From Setoptus koraiensis (taxonomy: Eukaryota; Animalia; Arthropoda): a stretch of DNA of 64,000 nucleotides. The notes beneath the pieces are model-generated. The model was not told the origin of the DNA. It ran no database searches and saw nothing but the letters and a program-made list of their open reading frames with translations. A program made the translations under genes and the position numbers. The stretch lies in assembly GCA_048013815.1 (NCBI GenBank), contig CM106585.1, positions 3,968,001-4,032,000 of the forward strand, read 5' to 3'. Below, piece by piece: positions 36,401 through 46,482 of the stretch. Numbering within the stretch: position 1 is the first letter of the stretch; every line of letters begins with the position of its first letter.

Positions 36401-38797
36401 AATTGTGGCCAGCGTAGGCCAAATGGCCCGATTGCGAAGGTGCCCCAGCGGTGGGGCCACGTTGCACCAGCTTCGCAAGCGAGCCATCTCACCGAGATCA
36501 GATTTACACAATTTCTTGCGGGCCTGCACCAACAAACAGTGTCGTGTCAGCAGGTCACCTATGCACCTATGCTGCTGGCTAGGAATGGGGCCGCGTCCGG
36601 GGCTCACAATGTGCCCCAAGTGCCGGAGCGGCCAACAATGAGATTGTATCTTGGTTTGTTAGTTGGGGCGCCAAGTGAAGCGTCAAAATGACAACAAATC
36701 ATAACTGTTGGCCTGTGACTGTGCTGTGTTTCTTGCTTATCAGCAAGCGCATCAACGGCAGCATTCGCGCTGGTAATTATTAGCAAGTGGGCGCCCCACA
36801 AGCTCACTCCTCGAGCTAGTGGCCACTCGTATACATAGCGGCCAAGTCGTGACCATTTGCCTGGCCTGTCTCAGTGGCAAATACCGCCACTGAGAGATAC
36901 AGCCTTTGAATGATGCAACCTACATGAAGTAGCATACATACTTGTGACCATTATATACTCGATGCAATTTTATATAGACACACCAGCGCAGAGATAATGA
37001 TCATTATGATGTGAAGAGAAAATGTTGAATCAATGCAACTTGCCAGCTGCCGAGTGATACCGCTTGCCCCGGCAAGCTGCTTGCGAGGCTAGCCGGAGCT
37101 AGCGGTATCTCACCTCAGCTTACATAACAAATAAAAGACTGGTCGGCGATTGAGGCGACATGCTGTCGAGACGGTGAGATGACGACACACTTGGCCACGG
37201 AGACCATAGAGTCTCTGTGATAGAGACCAGGAAACAAATACACTGAGAGTGGTGGCAATAAGCGATGGGCAGCCACCGGCGAGCTGGCCCGCAAAGCTGA
37301 ATTAATAATGATGGAAAGGCATTAAATTGAATGAAATGAAAACTCGACCCCGTGACCGGAGGCTGCTCACTTTGTCTCGATGGCCGCTCACTTTTTTGCG
37401 ATAAATTTATCCGCAACAGAATGCACTTACATGTATGGCCGATCAGTGCGAACGTTGGGGCCGGATTGGGCGCAATGTTCGCACAGACATGGGGCGCAGA
37501 CACACGACAGACAGATCAAAACAATTTTCCTCGGGCGTATCGGGAAAGTGATGACCGAGATTAGGTGATTTGTGTTTTTGGTTAACACACACACACACAC
37601 ACACACTACTCACGACGAGAGAGGTCTTGCCAGACGGAGCAATAGAGAGCGCATCGGGTGGTCGCCCGTCGGGGCCCCACGCTGCAACTGCCACTGGCTC
37701 GCACCATGGCGTCCCCGAGATTGAATCCCGGCCACGCGATAGTGTTGCCGGCTATTGTATTGCTGTAGCGGTTGTAGTGGCAGTGGCAGCGCAAATATTG
37801 GGAGCGGATATTGGACGGATATTGGGCGCTGTCTGCTAGAAACTTTCTAGTATTTTAAGCATTTTAGTGCGAGGCCCAAGATGCGGGATTGTCGGCCGGT
37901 GCCGACAAGCGACCACTGGCCAGCAGCAACTTTTTTTTTGTTGTCTGGTCCGAGGGCAAACACTCCGCCGAGGGACGCCACTCTGCAAACAAACAAGTGC
38001 CCAAGTTGACAGGCACTTGTAGGCACCCCAACAGTCCATTTCATTGGCTGGTTGGACGGCCCACGCAATAGACTGGCGTGGCCCCCATTACAATCAAGTT
38101 ATTGTCGTGCCCATCCGTTTTAGATTTTCCATTTGTCGCAACTATTTTCGCATCACCTGCTGGCTGACGCACTATATACATTGATAGTCCATTCTTTTCA
38201 ATTGCACACAATTCTTATTTTTCGCGAGAAAAAAAAACAGAAAGAGATGGAAACGTTTCATCAAGCCTCTCTGGGCGCATTCTCGAGAATTTGCCCAGAA
38301 AGGCCATTTCGGCCGGGTTCAATTCTGCGTATCTTGGCCCCGCACAGATATAGGCGCGATCTGATCTATCTGCGATTCAATCAACGAGCAACGGCAGCCA
38401 GTAACTTTGTCCGCCAGTCAGTGGCCTCCCAGCGGCTCTGGTCGACTCTGCGGACATCCAAGGCGGCGCCACGTTTCCTAGCCAGCGAGTTAATCCGTGC
38501 GGCCGAGGAAGGCTAAAGATTATCGACGACTCGATAATTAAAAATAACGAGTAACGGTCGCCGAGACGGCTTGCGGCTATCTGTTGATCGGATCTCGCTA
38601 CTGGTCGACAAATAACTTGTCGGCCAGCGCCATAAACTTTTGCTCGCCGGAGCCCGTCGCACGCTGATGCAAACAACTGGGCCCACTTGTCAGCCGAAAA
38701 AGACTGGGCACAACTTGAAACAACCGAAGACAGCTGGAAACGACCGAAATTAAGTAAAAAGATTGCTCAAGTTTTGTCCCGACGACACAACACTCAC

Positions 38798-39005
38798 CGG
38801 ATATGCCGGCGCCTTGGTGGGCTGGCTGGCGCCACGGCTGCCAATTGTCGACATTTGAGGTTGATGATTGCTCTTGCTGCTGCTGCTGCTCGACTTGCTG
38901 ATTTCGATTCTCTTCTGCGGCCTCAGTTGATTTTATTATGTAACAATTGTTTAGCACTGCTATTGCCACTGTCGCTATGAGTAGCCGATGATTTGGTGAT
39001 GACAT
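38798..39005 (-). CDS. probable first coding exon (signal peptide) of the Ig receptor
   Basis: ATG at 39005 gives MSSPNHRLLIATVAIAVLNNCYIIKSTEA..QQQQQ..GIS. It ends at a consensus phase-1 donor G|GTGAGT (38797), matching the phase-1 acceptor CAG|TG at 16663/16662. The gene body itself has no signal peptide or in-frame ATG at its start (the ORF-track start at 16738 is GTG). Confidence 0.55.
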
Positions 39006-40957
39006 TGTTGTTTCACATTGCTTTCCGATGATGATCGCACAAAAACTAAACTGTCACTTCATACGGGTTGGCCTGTGATTCGACAAAAGTTTCTCGTTAC
39101 TCATGGCACCATATCAGTGAGACGATATAAATGTGAACCGATAACATTTGAGGCCGACATTTGAGGCCAATGGAATCGTCGTCGTCGTCGCAACTTTAGC
39201 GCCATAGTTCATGCGCGCAATTTAAGCGCGGTATCGCACTATGTGAGCCTTGTTCGCTTTTGTCAGTCCTGCTGAGCAGAGCGTCCGCCAGGGGAGCTGT
39301 TGACGCGATCATGAACACACAGCGATTGCCTGTGTGTTCCGTTACATTCTTCATACAAACACATTGATTCATTTTAGTGTGCACTGGTCGCAGTTACGAA
39401 AACGCATCCTATTCAGTCCAAATGCTATTGGCAATCATTCTGCAGATCGAACAAACTGCCGCTCGCTCGCAATGCTAAATGAAAGCCGCGAGCGCCGCCC
39501 TCGCGGCGCTAATCTCAACTTGTCGTTGCAACAGTGGATTAGCGACACCCACATACACACAGTGCTTGCGCTATATTTTTGCGCCCATAAAGCGCAGCTA
39601 ACTGTGATCTGCACCACTGTGCGAGCATCTGTGTGTGTTTGTATGAGCACAGAATATGGGCAGAGAGCAAGGAGAAAGAGAAGTTTTACGCACCCAAAAG
39701 TATATGAACAAACAAACAACATTGGGTGCGGCGAACAAGTTTTCAACTCAACACAAGAATGTTCCAAGCCGCCAGTTCGGCTAAAGTGCAGCCCTAATGC
39801 TATAGCTTGCGCACACAGTGCCAGAAGGATAAACTTTCAAGAGCGCTCAAGTGGAGGTCATTCGATTATTAGGCACAACGGTGGCACAATGATGCACGGA
39901 GCTATTTTTGGGGGCGATTGGAAAATTTGTTAAAAAATGTCTACGCAAAACTGACTGATTGCCGGTGTGGGGGCGCATCGAACGCTAAAATCCGCATCAC
40001 TTTTCGTTATTATCGCGTTCTTGTTGCAACATACAGCCACTCAGAATTGGCATTTATTGTGCCAACCGTTGTGCGGTGCACATTGCACAGTTTTGGGGTG
40101 CACACCCTGTGCACAAGCTTCACAACGCTTTTGCCGAAATGCACTGTGATTAGTAGCGTAGAACATTTGCCCAGAGTAGAGCTTTTGGTTGTAGCACCCT
40201 TTACGCTCACACAGACAGAGTAGCGCTAATAATAATAATAATAATAGTAATAATAGTTATAGTAATGGTAATAATTACGATAATAATATTATTAATAATA
40301 TCACTGATAATACTGCTAGCTGCTAGTAATAACAAACTATACGACTAGTAGACAAATCAAATATACATACAGACACACACACACAAATATATACAATAGT
40401 ATTAGGCGAGGAAAAGGCAAATATTCAACAACGATCCATAACACAATAGTAACTTGTAATAAAATAAATGAAGATAAGGAAAAAAGAAGAAATGTTTTTC
40501 TAGAGTATGCAACATCGTCATTGCTTTTATTCCTAATCTGATAGAATTATTTTAGCTCATTCTATATTGATGCCGATACCACAATTCATTATCAGGGAAC
40601 AACATCTATTTACTGGACGTTCATTCTAGGCCCATTGTTATCATCATCTGTTATACAATTTACCATATTATTATTATCATCATCACTTTATCCCCATATT
40701 GTTATTATTGTTGGCATATTATTGTTCTTTCTCACCCGAACAATAATCACCACAAATAAGGAAACGCCAAATCGGCCACCACATTATTACACCACATTTG
40801 TAAATAACCAGTCATTACCATAAACCACCAATCATCATTGCGTCATACACAACCAACAATATTAAGTCATTACAAAAACAAACACCATTTCAACCCAAAA
40901 ACACCCCCTCCCACACACACTCACATACACACACAATTAACAACATCGATCATCGTC

Positions 40958-42238
40958 ATGGATTGGCCTGAGTGGTCCTCTTCTCATTCATCATCAATTA
41001 AGTCTATTTCAAGGTGCCCTCTATCATCGACAATTAGCATATTTAGTGATGAACCGCCATTAATATCGCTACTAACATCGCGCAATGCCGATCGCACCAC
41101 ATCATCACCCCATGATAGAGACTTAATAGGATTAACTATCAGCACAGCACCAACAACGACAACATCAACAACAAACCCGACAACAATTACAACCACCGCC
41201 AACAACAACAACAACAACAATACCATCACCTCTGCTACTAAAGATCATTCACCTAGACTTGAAGCAGATTTCACTCATCTTAATAGTCACCTACTTGAAT
41301 TACAAAAGGAAATCAAGGAGGAAGAGGATGAAATATTTGCTGATATTAATAGCGCAATTGATAGTCATACAAACTTCAGATCATCATATTTCAGTTATAA
41401 CCCCCACCATCCCTTAGCTTCGGCTTCTGTAGAATCGGCTCTAAGTCTCAGACAAAACTTGATTAAATCTTCTACTAGCGGCCTCAATAATAGCGATGGC
41501 AACAGCTACGATAGCTCCGATTTTAATACCACCACCAATGACGATGATAACGACCGTCAACAATCAATCTTACTCAAATTCGGAGTCGACGTCGCACATT
41601 CAACACATCAATGGTGGTCAGAGAACGATGGCAGCTCCAGAGAAAGCGAAGAAAAATGCAACACACAAGTAGCGGATGATGAGGACGATGTCTACGATGA
41701 AGAGGATAATAATGTTGCACTTACATATGGTTTCAACAACTATTGTGAGGATCAAAATCAATATTGTTCAAACGATGTCGAGGAACACATGGCGGGCTCT
41801 TATATAGATCAAACTGATCCAGAGTTGCTTAATTACCAAGTCAACAATTTACCTAAACCTTGCGTTTTCTTTCTGGAGGGAAATTGTCGAAGGAGTGATT
41901 GTAAATATTCTCACGATCTTTCTAATATTACTTGCAAATATTGGATCGAAGGGTTCTGTTTCAAGGGTGATTTGTGCCCATTTCTTCATAGCTTCAAGAT
42001 ACCAGGAGAAGGTCAAGATGTTATTATAAATGAAGATGGTTCTGATATCAATTCAAATCATGCAATTAATCCAACCTTCACAATTGAATCTGAGGCCGAT
42101 TTTCCCTCTCTGCCGCTGGATCCGCCAGTTGTCTGTGCCGCCGAGACAGCTCATCTCAGAGATATTAAGGACGAAATACTAAAAGCAAATCCAGCGGTCG
42201 TCTTTAAAATGGCCAAGAAGAAGCGTAAACGAGGCTGA
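40958..42238 (+). CDS. intronless protein with two tandem CCCH zinc fingers, acidic/low-complexity N-terminus and basic C-terminal NLS-like tail
   Basis: CVFFLEGNCRRSDCKYSH and CKYWIEGFCFKGDLCPFLH (C-x7/8-C-x4/5-C-x3-H), then EADFPSL and KKKRKRG. The first ATG is at 40958; the ORF-track start at 40838 is TTG. Confidence 0.85.
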   Translation: MDWPEWSSSHSSSIKSISRCPLSSTISIFSDEPPLISLLTSRNADRTTSSPHDRDLIGLTISTAPTTTTSTTNPTTITTTANNNNNNNTITSATKDHSPRLEADFTHLNSHLLELQKEIKEEEDEIFADINSAIDSHTNFRSSYFSYNPHHPLASASVESALSLRQNLIKSSTSGLNNSDGNSYDSSDFNTTTNDDDNDRQQSILLKFGVDVAHSTHQWWSENDGSSRESEEKCNTQVADDEDDVYDEEDNNVALTYGFNNYCEDQNQYCSNDVEEHMAGSYIDQTDPELLNYQVNNLPKPCVFFLEGNCRRSDCKYSHDLSNITCKYWIEGFCFKGDLCPFLHSFKIPGEGQDVIINEDGSDINSNHAINPTFTIESEADFPSLPLDPPVVCAAETAHLRDIKDEILKANPAVVFKMAKKKRKRG

Positions 42239-42764
42239 AATTGAGAGTCAATTCACATCACCAGCTCAACCTATTATCTTTCCTAGTAGACATCATCTTA
42301 CCTTACCATCATTGATAACGAAGGTTTTAGTGTTGACATCCTGCAACACACATCTACAAGATTGAACCAACCATAAAAAAAAATCATTACATTTTAAATA
42401 TCGAAATTACTATACATTCATCTGTGATATTTGTGGCTTTGTGAATTCGCAAGTTCAAAATAACAAACTTTCATTATGAACCATCATTAATCAATTCACA
42501 CTGTCTCGTGTCTCCATCAATCTATCATAGGATATAAGAGTTAGTTTCCTTGCGACAAGCGAGTTTTTCATGTGATCTTGTTTATTTCTGTTTCATTTTA
42601 TTGGGTCTCGTGAAGGGAGATTTTTCTGTCTCTCGAGTGGGTAATGGAATGCCATAACTTATAAAACTGCATGGGCAACAAGGCATTGTATGAATATGCA
42701 AACAAGACACATTTGTAGTGTCGTTAGAAAGTATATATGTGATCAAGGAGGCCTGTGTGATACA

Positions 42765-44097
42765 TCAATAAAAAATCAACCCTGAGGATACCCTATCCCT
42801 TCTCTCGAAGTAGCTAAGATAAGCGTGTAGCTCAATTACGCCTAGCGCATTGTTGGCTCGTATGAATTTCATTTTGCACCAAACGTAAATATCATCATTT
42901 GCTATAATTCGAGCGGCAGCCCTGGCACAACTTTTGGCACCCAGAACTGTTGTGCAACCAAGACCCGACGGCAATATGAGATTGGCACCAAGTTGTTCAC
43001 GAGGAGTTGTAGGTGGAAAACAATTTATCACGGGTATGTCCGAATTTCCGTTCACTACTTGACCCAATGCGTTACTTTCGTTGCATATTGCGATGATGCA
43101 TTTACATGATGGCCATTGATTCAATCTGGCTACCACTTCCAGCAAGTTTTGAGTTGATTCATGGACCGAGGTGGTAATAGTTGCAACTGTGAAAATTCCA
43201 CACGAATCTTCCAGTTCCTTGACTATTTCCTTGGCAATTTCCTTGGAAATTTCCTCTCCATCGCGATTTTCATCTATTAGGATAGCAATCGATGGCGTAG
43301 ACATTGATTTTGGTGGACTATGTTGTGAGATCAATGTTTCCAATAATTCTTCTTTTACGGTCACAGGAAGGCATAGTTCCCACAATACAATTTTGACTCC
43401 CTCTGATATTCGAATGACTCCGATTCGAACTTCCACATGCGTCAAAAGCTCATGGACGCCCATCAAACAGACCCGCTCCAAAATCTCAAAAACAACTGTT
43501 GCCAAACTATCCACATCCGCCACCATATTCGTTACTACGACTGCCCTGATGGACATGTCCAAATCTGCAAATTTTTTCATTGCCATCTCCTCTCTAGACC
43601 ACAGTCTTCGGTTATCGGGATCATCCAACGTATGGCGCTCTATCAGTAATGGTGCAAACCTAGAAGCTAATTCAATTTTAGGATGACGTTCTACAAATTC
43701 AGGTGTTGCTATACGATAGGGGGACCAAACAGATTCAAATATCTTGCATTTCTTGGCAACAAAACCAATCTCTGAATCAGAGACACACTCAACGAATGAG
43801 GTGCGTACTCCGATAGTATTGAGAAATTTCAAAACAGAAAAGGATTGTCGTATCGCCGGAACATCTTCACCCTTTCTCTCAACAAACCAATAATCTTCGA
43901 TCTCTTTATGCTGATAGAATCGACACCATTCATCCTCATCAATCAGTTCTCCTTTGACCGCTAACAAATCGATATAACAAATTGTGACGAATGGTAAATG
44001 AAACGATTATAAATGATGAATGCGCTATTTAAGTTTCGAGAGGCTCATCTATTCTGTTCACAACCAGCTGGCTAAACTCACCCTCCAAACTACCCAT
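42765..44097 (-). CDS. PAICS-like: divergent PAICS/ADE2-like protein, copy A (SAICAR-synthetase-like + AIR-carboxylase-like scaffold, catalytic motifs lost); exons 44097-44082 and 43960-42765, about 403 aa
   Basis: Matches to the metazoan PAICS scaffold: RIATPEFVERHP, VFEILER, ALGQVVNGNSDIPVINCFPP, LILPSGLGCTTVL..AAARII..VWCKM. The ORF-track start is TTG with no in-frame ATG upstream. A mini-exon ATG GGT AGT TTG GAG G|GTGAGT and the acceptor TTGTTAG| at 43961 give a 121-bp intron and the in-frame N-terminus MGSLEAVKGEL. Confidence 0.85.
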
Positions 44098-44512
44098 GAT
44101 TGCTCTCACAGAAATGTTTTTTCAGTATGAGGTGTGCTTGCAAAGAATTTACAGAGATATCTCGTTTGGGCGACGATTTATTTGAATTTTAATGTTTTCC
44201 TTTCGCTCAGCAACGAGTGTTTGCAGCAACCGACATGTGTGTTGTTTGTTAGATTGGCTTCCATCCAATAAGCCACACACCGAGCCTATCTAACAGTTCG
44301 GTGACAACTACATTCTTTTGCAATTGTCCGTGTCGTATAAATATCGTCAACGTATCGATCAAATATTGCTGCGCGATTCAATGTCACCGCATAAGTCACC
44401 CGTTGAATACCCGGCAAAGAGATTGTCATCATAATTGATCTAGATGATATTCATCATGATACACATCAGATGAAGCTCCCTTGAGGTCCACAGCACGATG
44501 CAGCGGGAGTCA

Positions 44513-44904
44513 GTTGAATGTCCAAATCATTATCAAAGATTACAAAAAAAAAAAAAAACGATTAATATCATATATAGATCATCTCTATAATTCTGATAGC
44601 AAGCGTTGAATTTAGTGTGCCCGTAGAAATGTTTTATTCAATTCTGGTTTCACCCGCACCTGCCTCTATCTACCAATACTGGCAGCAACGGATACCAATT
44701 GGCAGAATCGGCAGAAATACGACAGGAAGTGGTTTGAGCCATTGATTTTCTGCCTACAAGTTAAGCCATTAAAGTGAAACAGTGTGGGGAGGACAGATTG
44801 TCGCTCGTATAGCGCCGAAATATTTTTCCCACGGAAACTGACTATGATAATAAAGAGCGGATTTGACTCAGAACTCGATCATCTTTGATATAAGTTTGTC
44901 CGTA
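44513..44904 (-). pseudogene. decayed partial duplicate of the 3' part of the MFS transporter gene (source about 48314-48770)
   Basis: The minus strand reads YGQTYIKDDRVLSQIRSLLS*SVSVGKIFRRYTSDNLSSPHCFTL versus YGQTFIKDDHFLSQIGSLSSLSVSVGKLFWGYASDKLSYLHCFTL in the intact gene (TTG to TAG at 44842-44844). 44513-44610 matches the last intron/exon junction at 48314-48440. Confidence 0.85.
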
Positions 44905-45182
44905 AGAGTTGGTTCCTCATCTTACAATTCAGCCCCTGAGAATCACCAAAGAATACGATGATTCATTGCGGCAAGCAAGAGTTTTTTCTTGTTATCTTGT
45001 TGCTTCTGTTTCATTTTATTGAGTCCCTCGAAAGAGGTTTCTTCTGTTTCTCGGGTGGCCACCGGTATACCAAAAAGTATAAAACTACGTGGACAACCAG
45101 GCATTGTATGGATATACAAACAAGACACATTTAAGGTGTCGCTAGAAAATATTTATGCTATCGTGGAGGCCTGTGTGACACA

Positions 45183-46482
45183 TCAATAATAAATAGGCCT
45201 ATTTGATACCTTCGATCTCTCATAGTCGTCAGTATGATGCTTCTTCATCGTGTCGAACGCAGCTTGGGATCGTATGAATCTCATTTTAAACCAAACGTTT
45301 ATATCATCATTGGCTACAATTTGAGCCGCAGCCCTGGCACAGTTTTTGGCACCTAAAATTGTGGTGCAACCAAGACAACCAATCGGTAATATCAAATTGG
45401 CGCCGAGTTGTTCGAGATGAGTCGAAGGTGGAAAACAATTTATCACGGGTAGGTCTGAAGTTCCATTCAACACTTGGCCTAGTGCGTTACTTTCATGGCA
45501 TATTGCGATGATGCATTTACATGAAGGTGAATTCAATGAATTCAATCTTGCTACAACGTCAAGCAAGTTTTGAGGTGCTGCATGGGCCGAGATGGAAATT
45601 AATGTAACTTTGAAAATTCCCCAATAATCTTTTAGTTCCTTGATTATTTCCTCGGCAAAATCCCGGCTCTCGAGAATCTCCATCACGATAACAATTGATG
45701 GCGTACACAGTGATTGAGGTGGACCATGATCTGCTATCAGTTTGTCGAAGATTACTTGCGGCATTAACTTACTCAAGAATATCCTCCACAAGATAATCTC
45801 CCTAGATTTTGTAATTGCAAGTTGAAAATATATTTCATCCAAAGACTCATGGTAGGCCAGGCAAACACGCTCTAGAACTTCAAAAACAAGTGCTGACATA
45901 CTGTCTGCTTTTCTACAATTAAAATATCCTCTCAACGAGTCGCTATCAGAGAGCCTACATCCTCTATATCCTTCTGCAGACCGGAGCGTATGGTCATCTG
46001 GATAATGCAGAATACATTGGCCCATCATCAATTTCACAAACCTACAACCTGGTTCAAAATCAGGGTGAAGTTCTACAAAATTAGACGATGCTATACGATG
46101 GGTGGACCAACCAACTGCGAGTACCTTGCATTTCTTGGCAACAAAACCAATCTCTGAATCAGAGACACACTCAACGAATGAGGTGGGTAGTCCAATAGTA
46201 TTGAGTAATTTCAAAAGAGAAATAGATTGCCGTATCATCGGAACATCTTCATTTTCCTCGAACTCAACAAACCAATAATCTTCGATCTCTTTATGCTGAT
46301 AGAATCGACACCAGTCATCCTCATCAATCAGTTCTCCTTTGACCGCTAACAAATCGATATGACAAATTGTGACGAATGGTAGATGAAACGATTATAAATG
46401 ATGAATGCGTTGTTTAAGTTTCGAGAGGCTCATCTATTCTGTTCACAACCAGCTGGCTAAACTCACCCTCCAAACTACCCAT
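45183..46482 (-). CDS. PAICS-like: divergent PAICS/ADE2-like protein, copy B; exons 46482-46467 and 46345-45183, about 392 aa
   Basis: Paralogue of copy A, 2385 bp away, with the same mini-exon and 121-bp intron. Scaffold motifs: RIASSNFVELHP, VFEVLER, SAHAAPQ, ALGQVLNGTSDLPVINCFPP, LILPIGCLGCTTIL..AAAQIV. Confidence 0.85.

Noticed and set aside
17200-38700. The many 60-210-aa ORFs in the ORF track across the large intron (for example 21139-21780, 22927-23451, 26053-26616)
   Set aside because: They overlap in several frames and on both strands, often start at non-ATG codons, translate simple repeats and show no recognisable domain. This is expected in GC-rich non-coding DNA.
43961-43967. ORF-track starts 'MLAVKG' for the two PAICS-like genes (43967 and 46352)
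   Set aside because: The codon is TTG and overlaps the splice acceptor. The real start is more plausibly the ATG in the 16-bp upstream exon (44097 and 46482).
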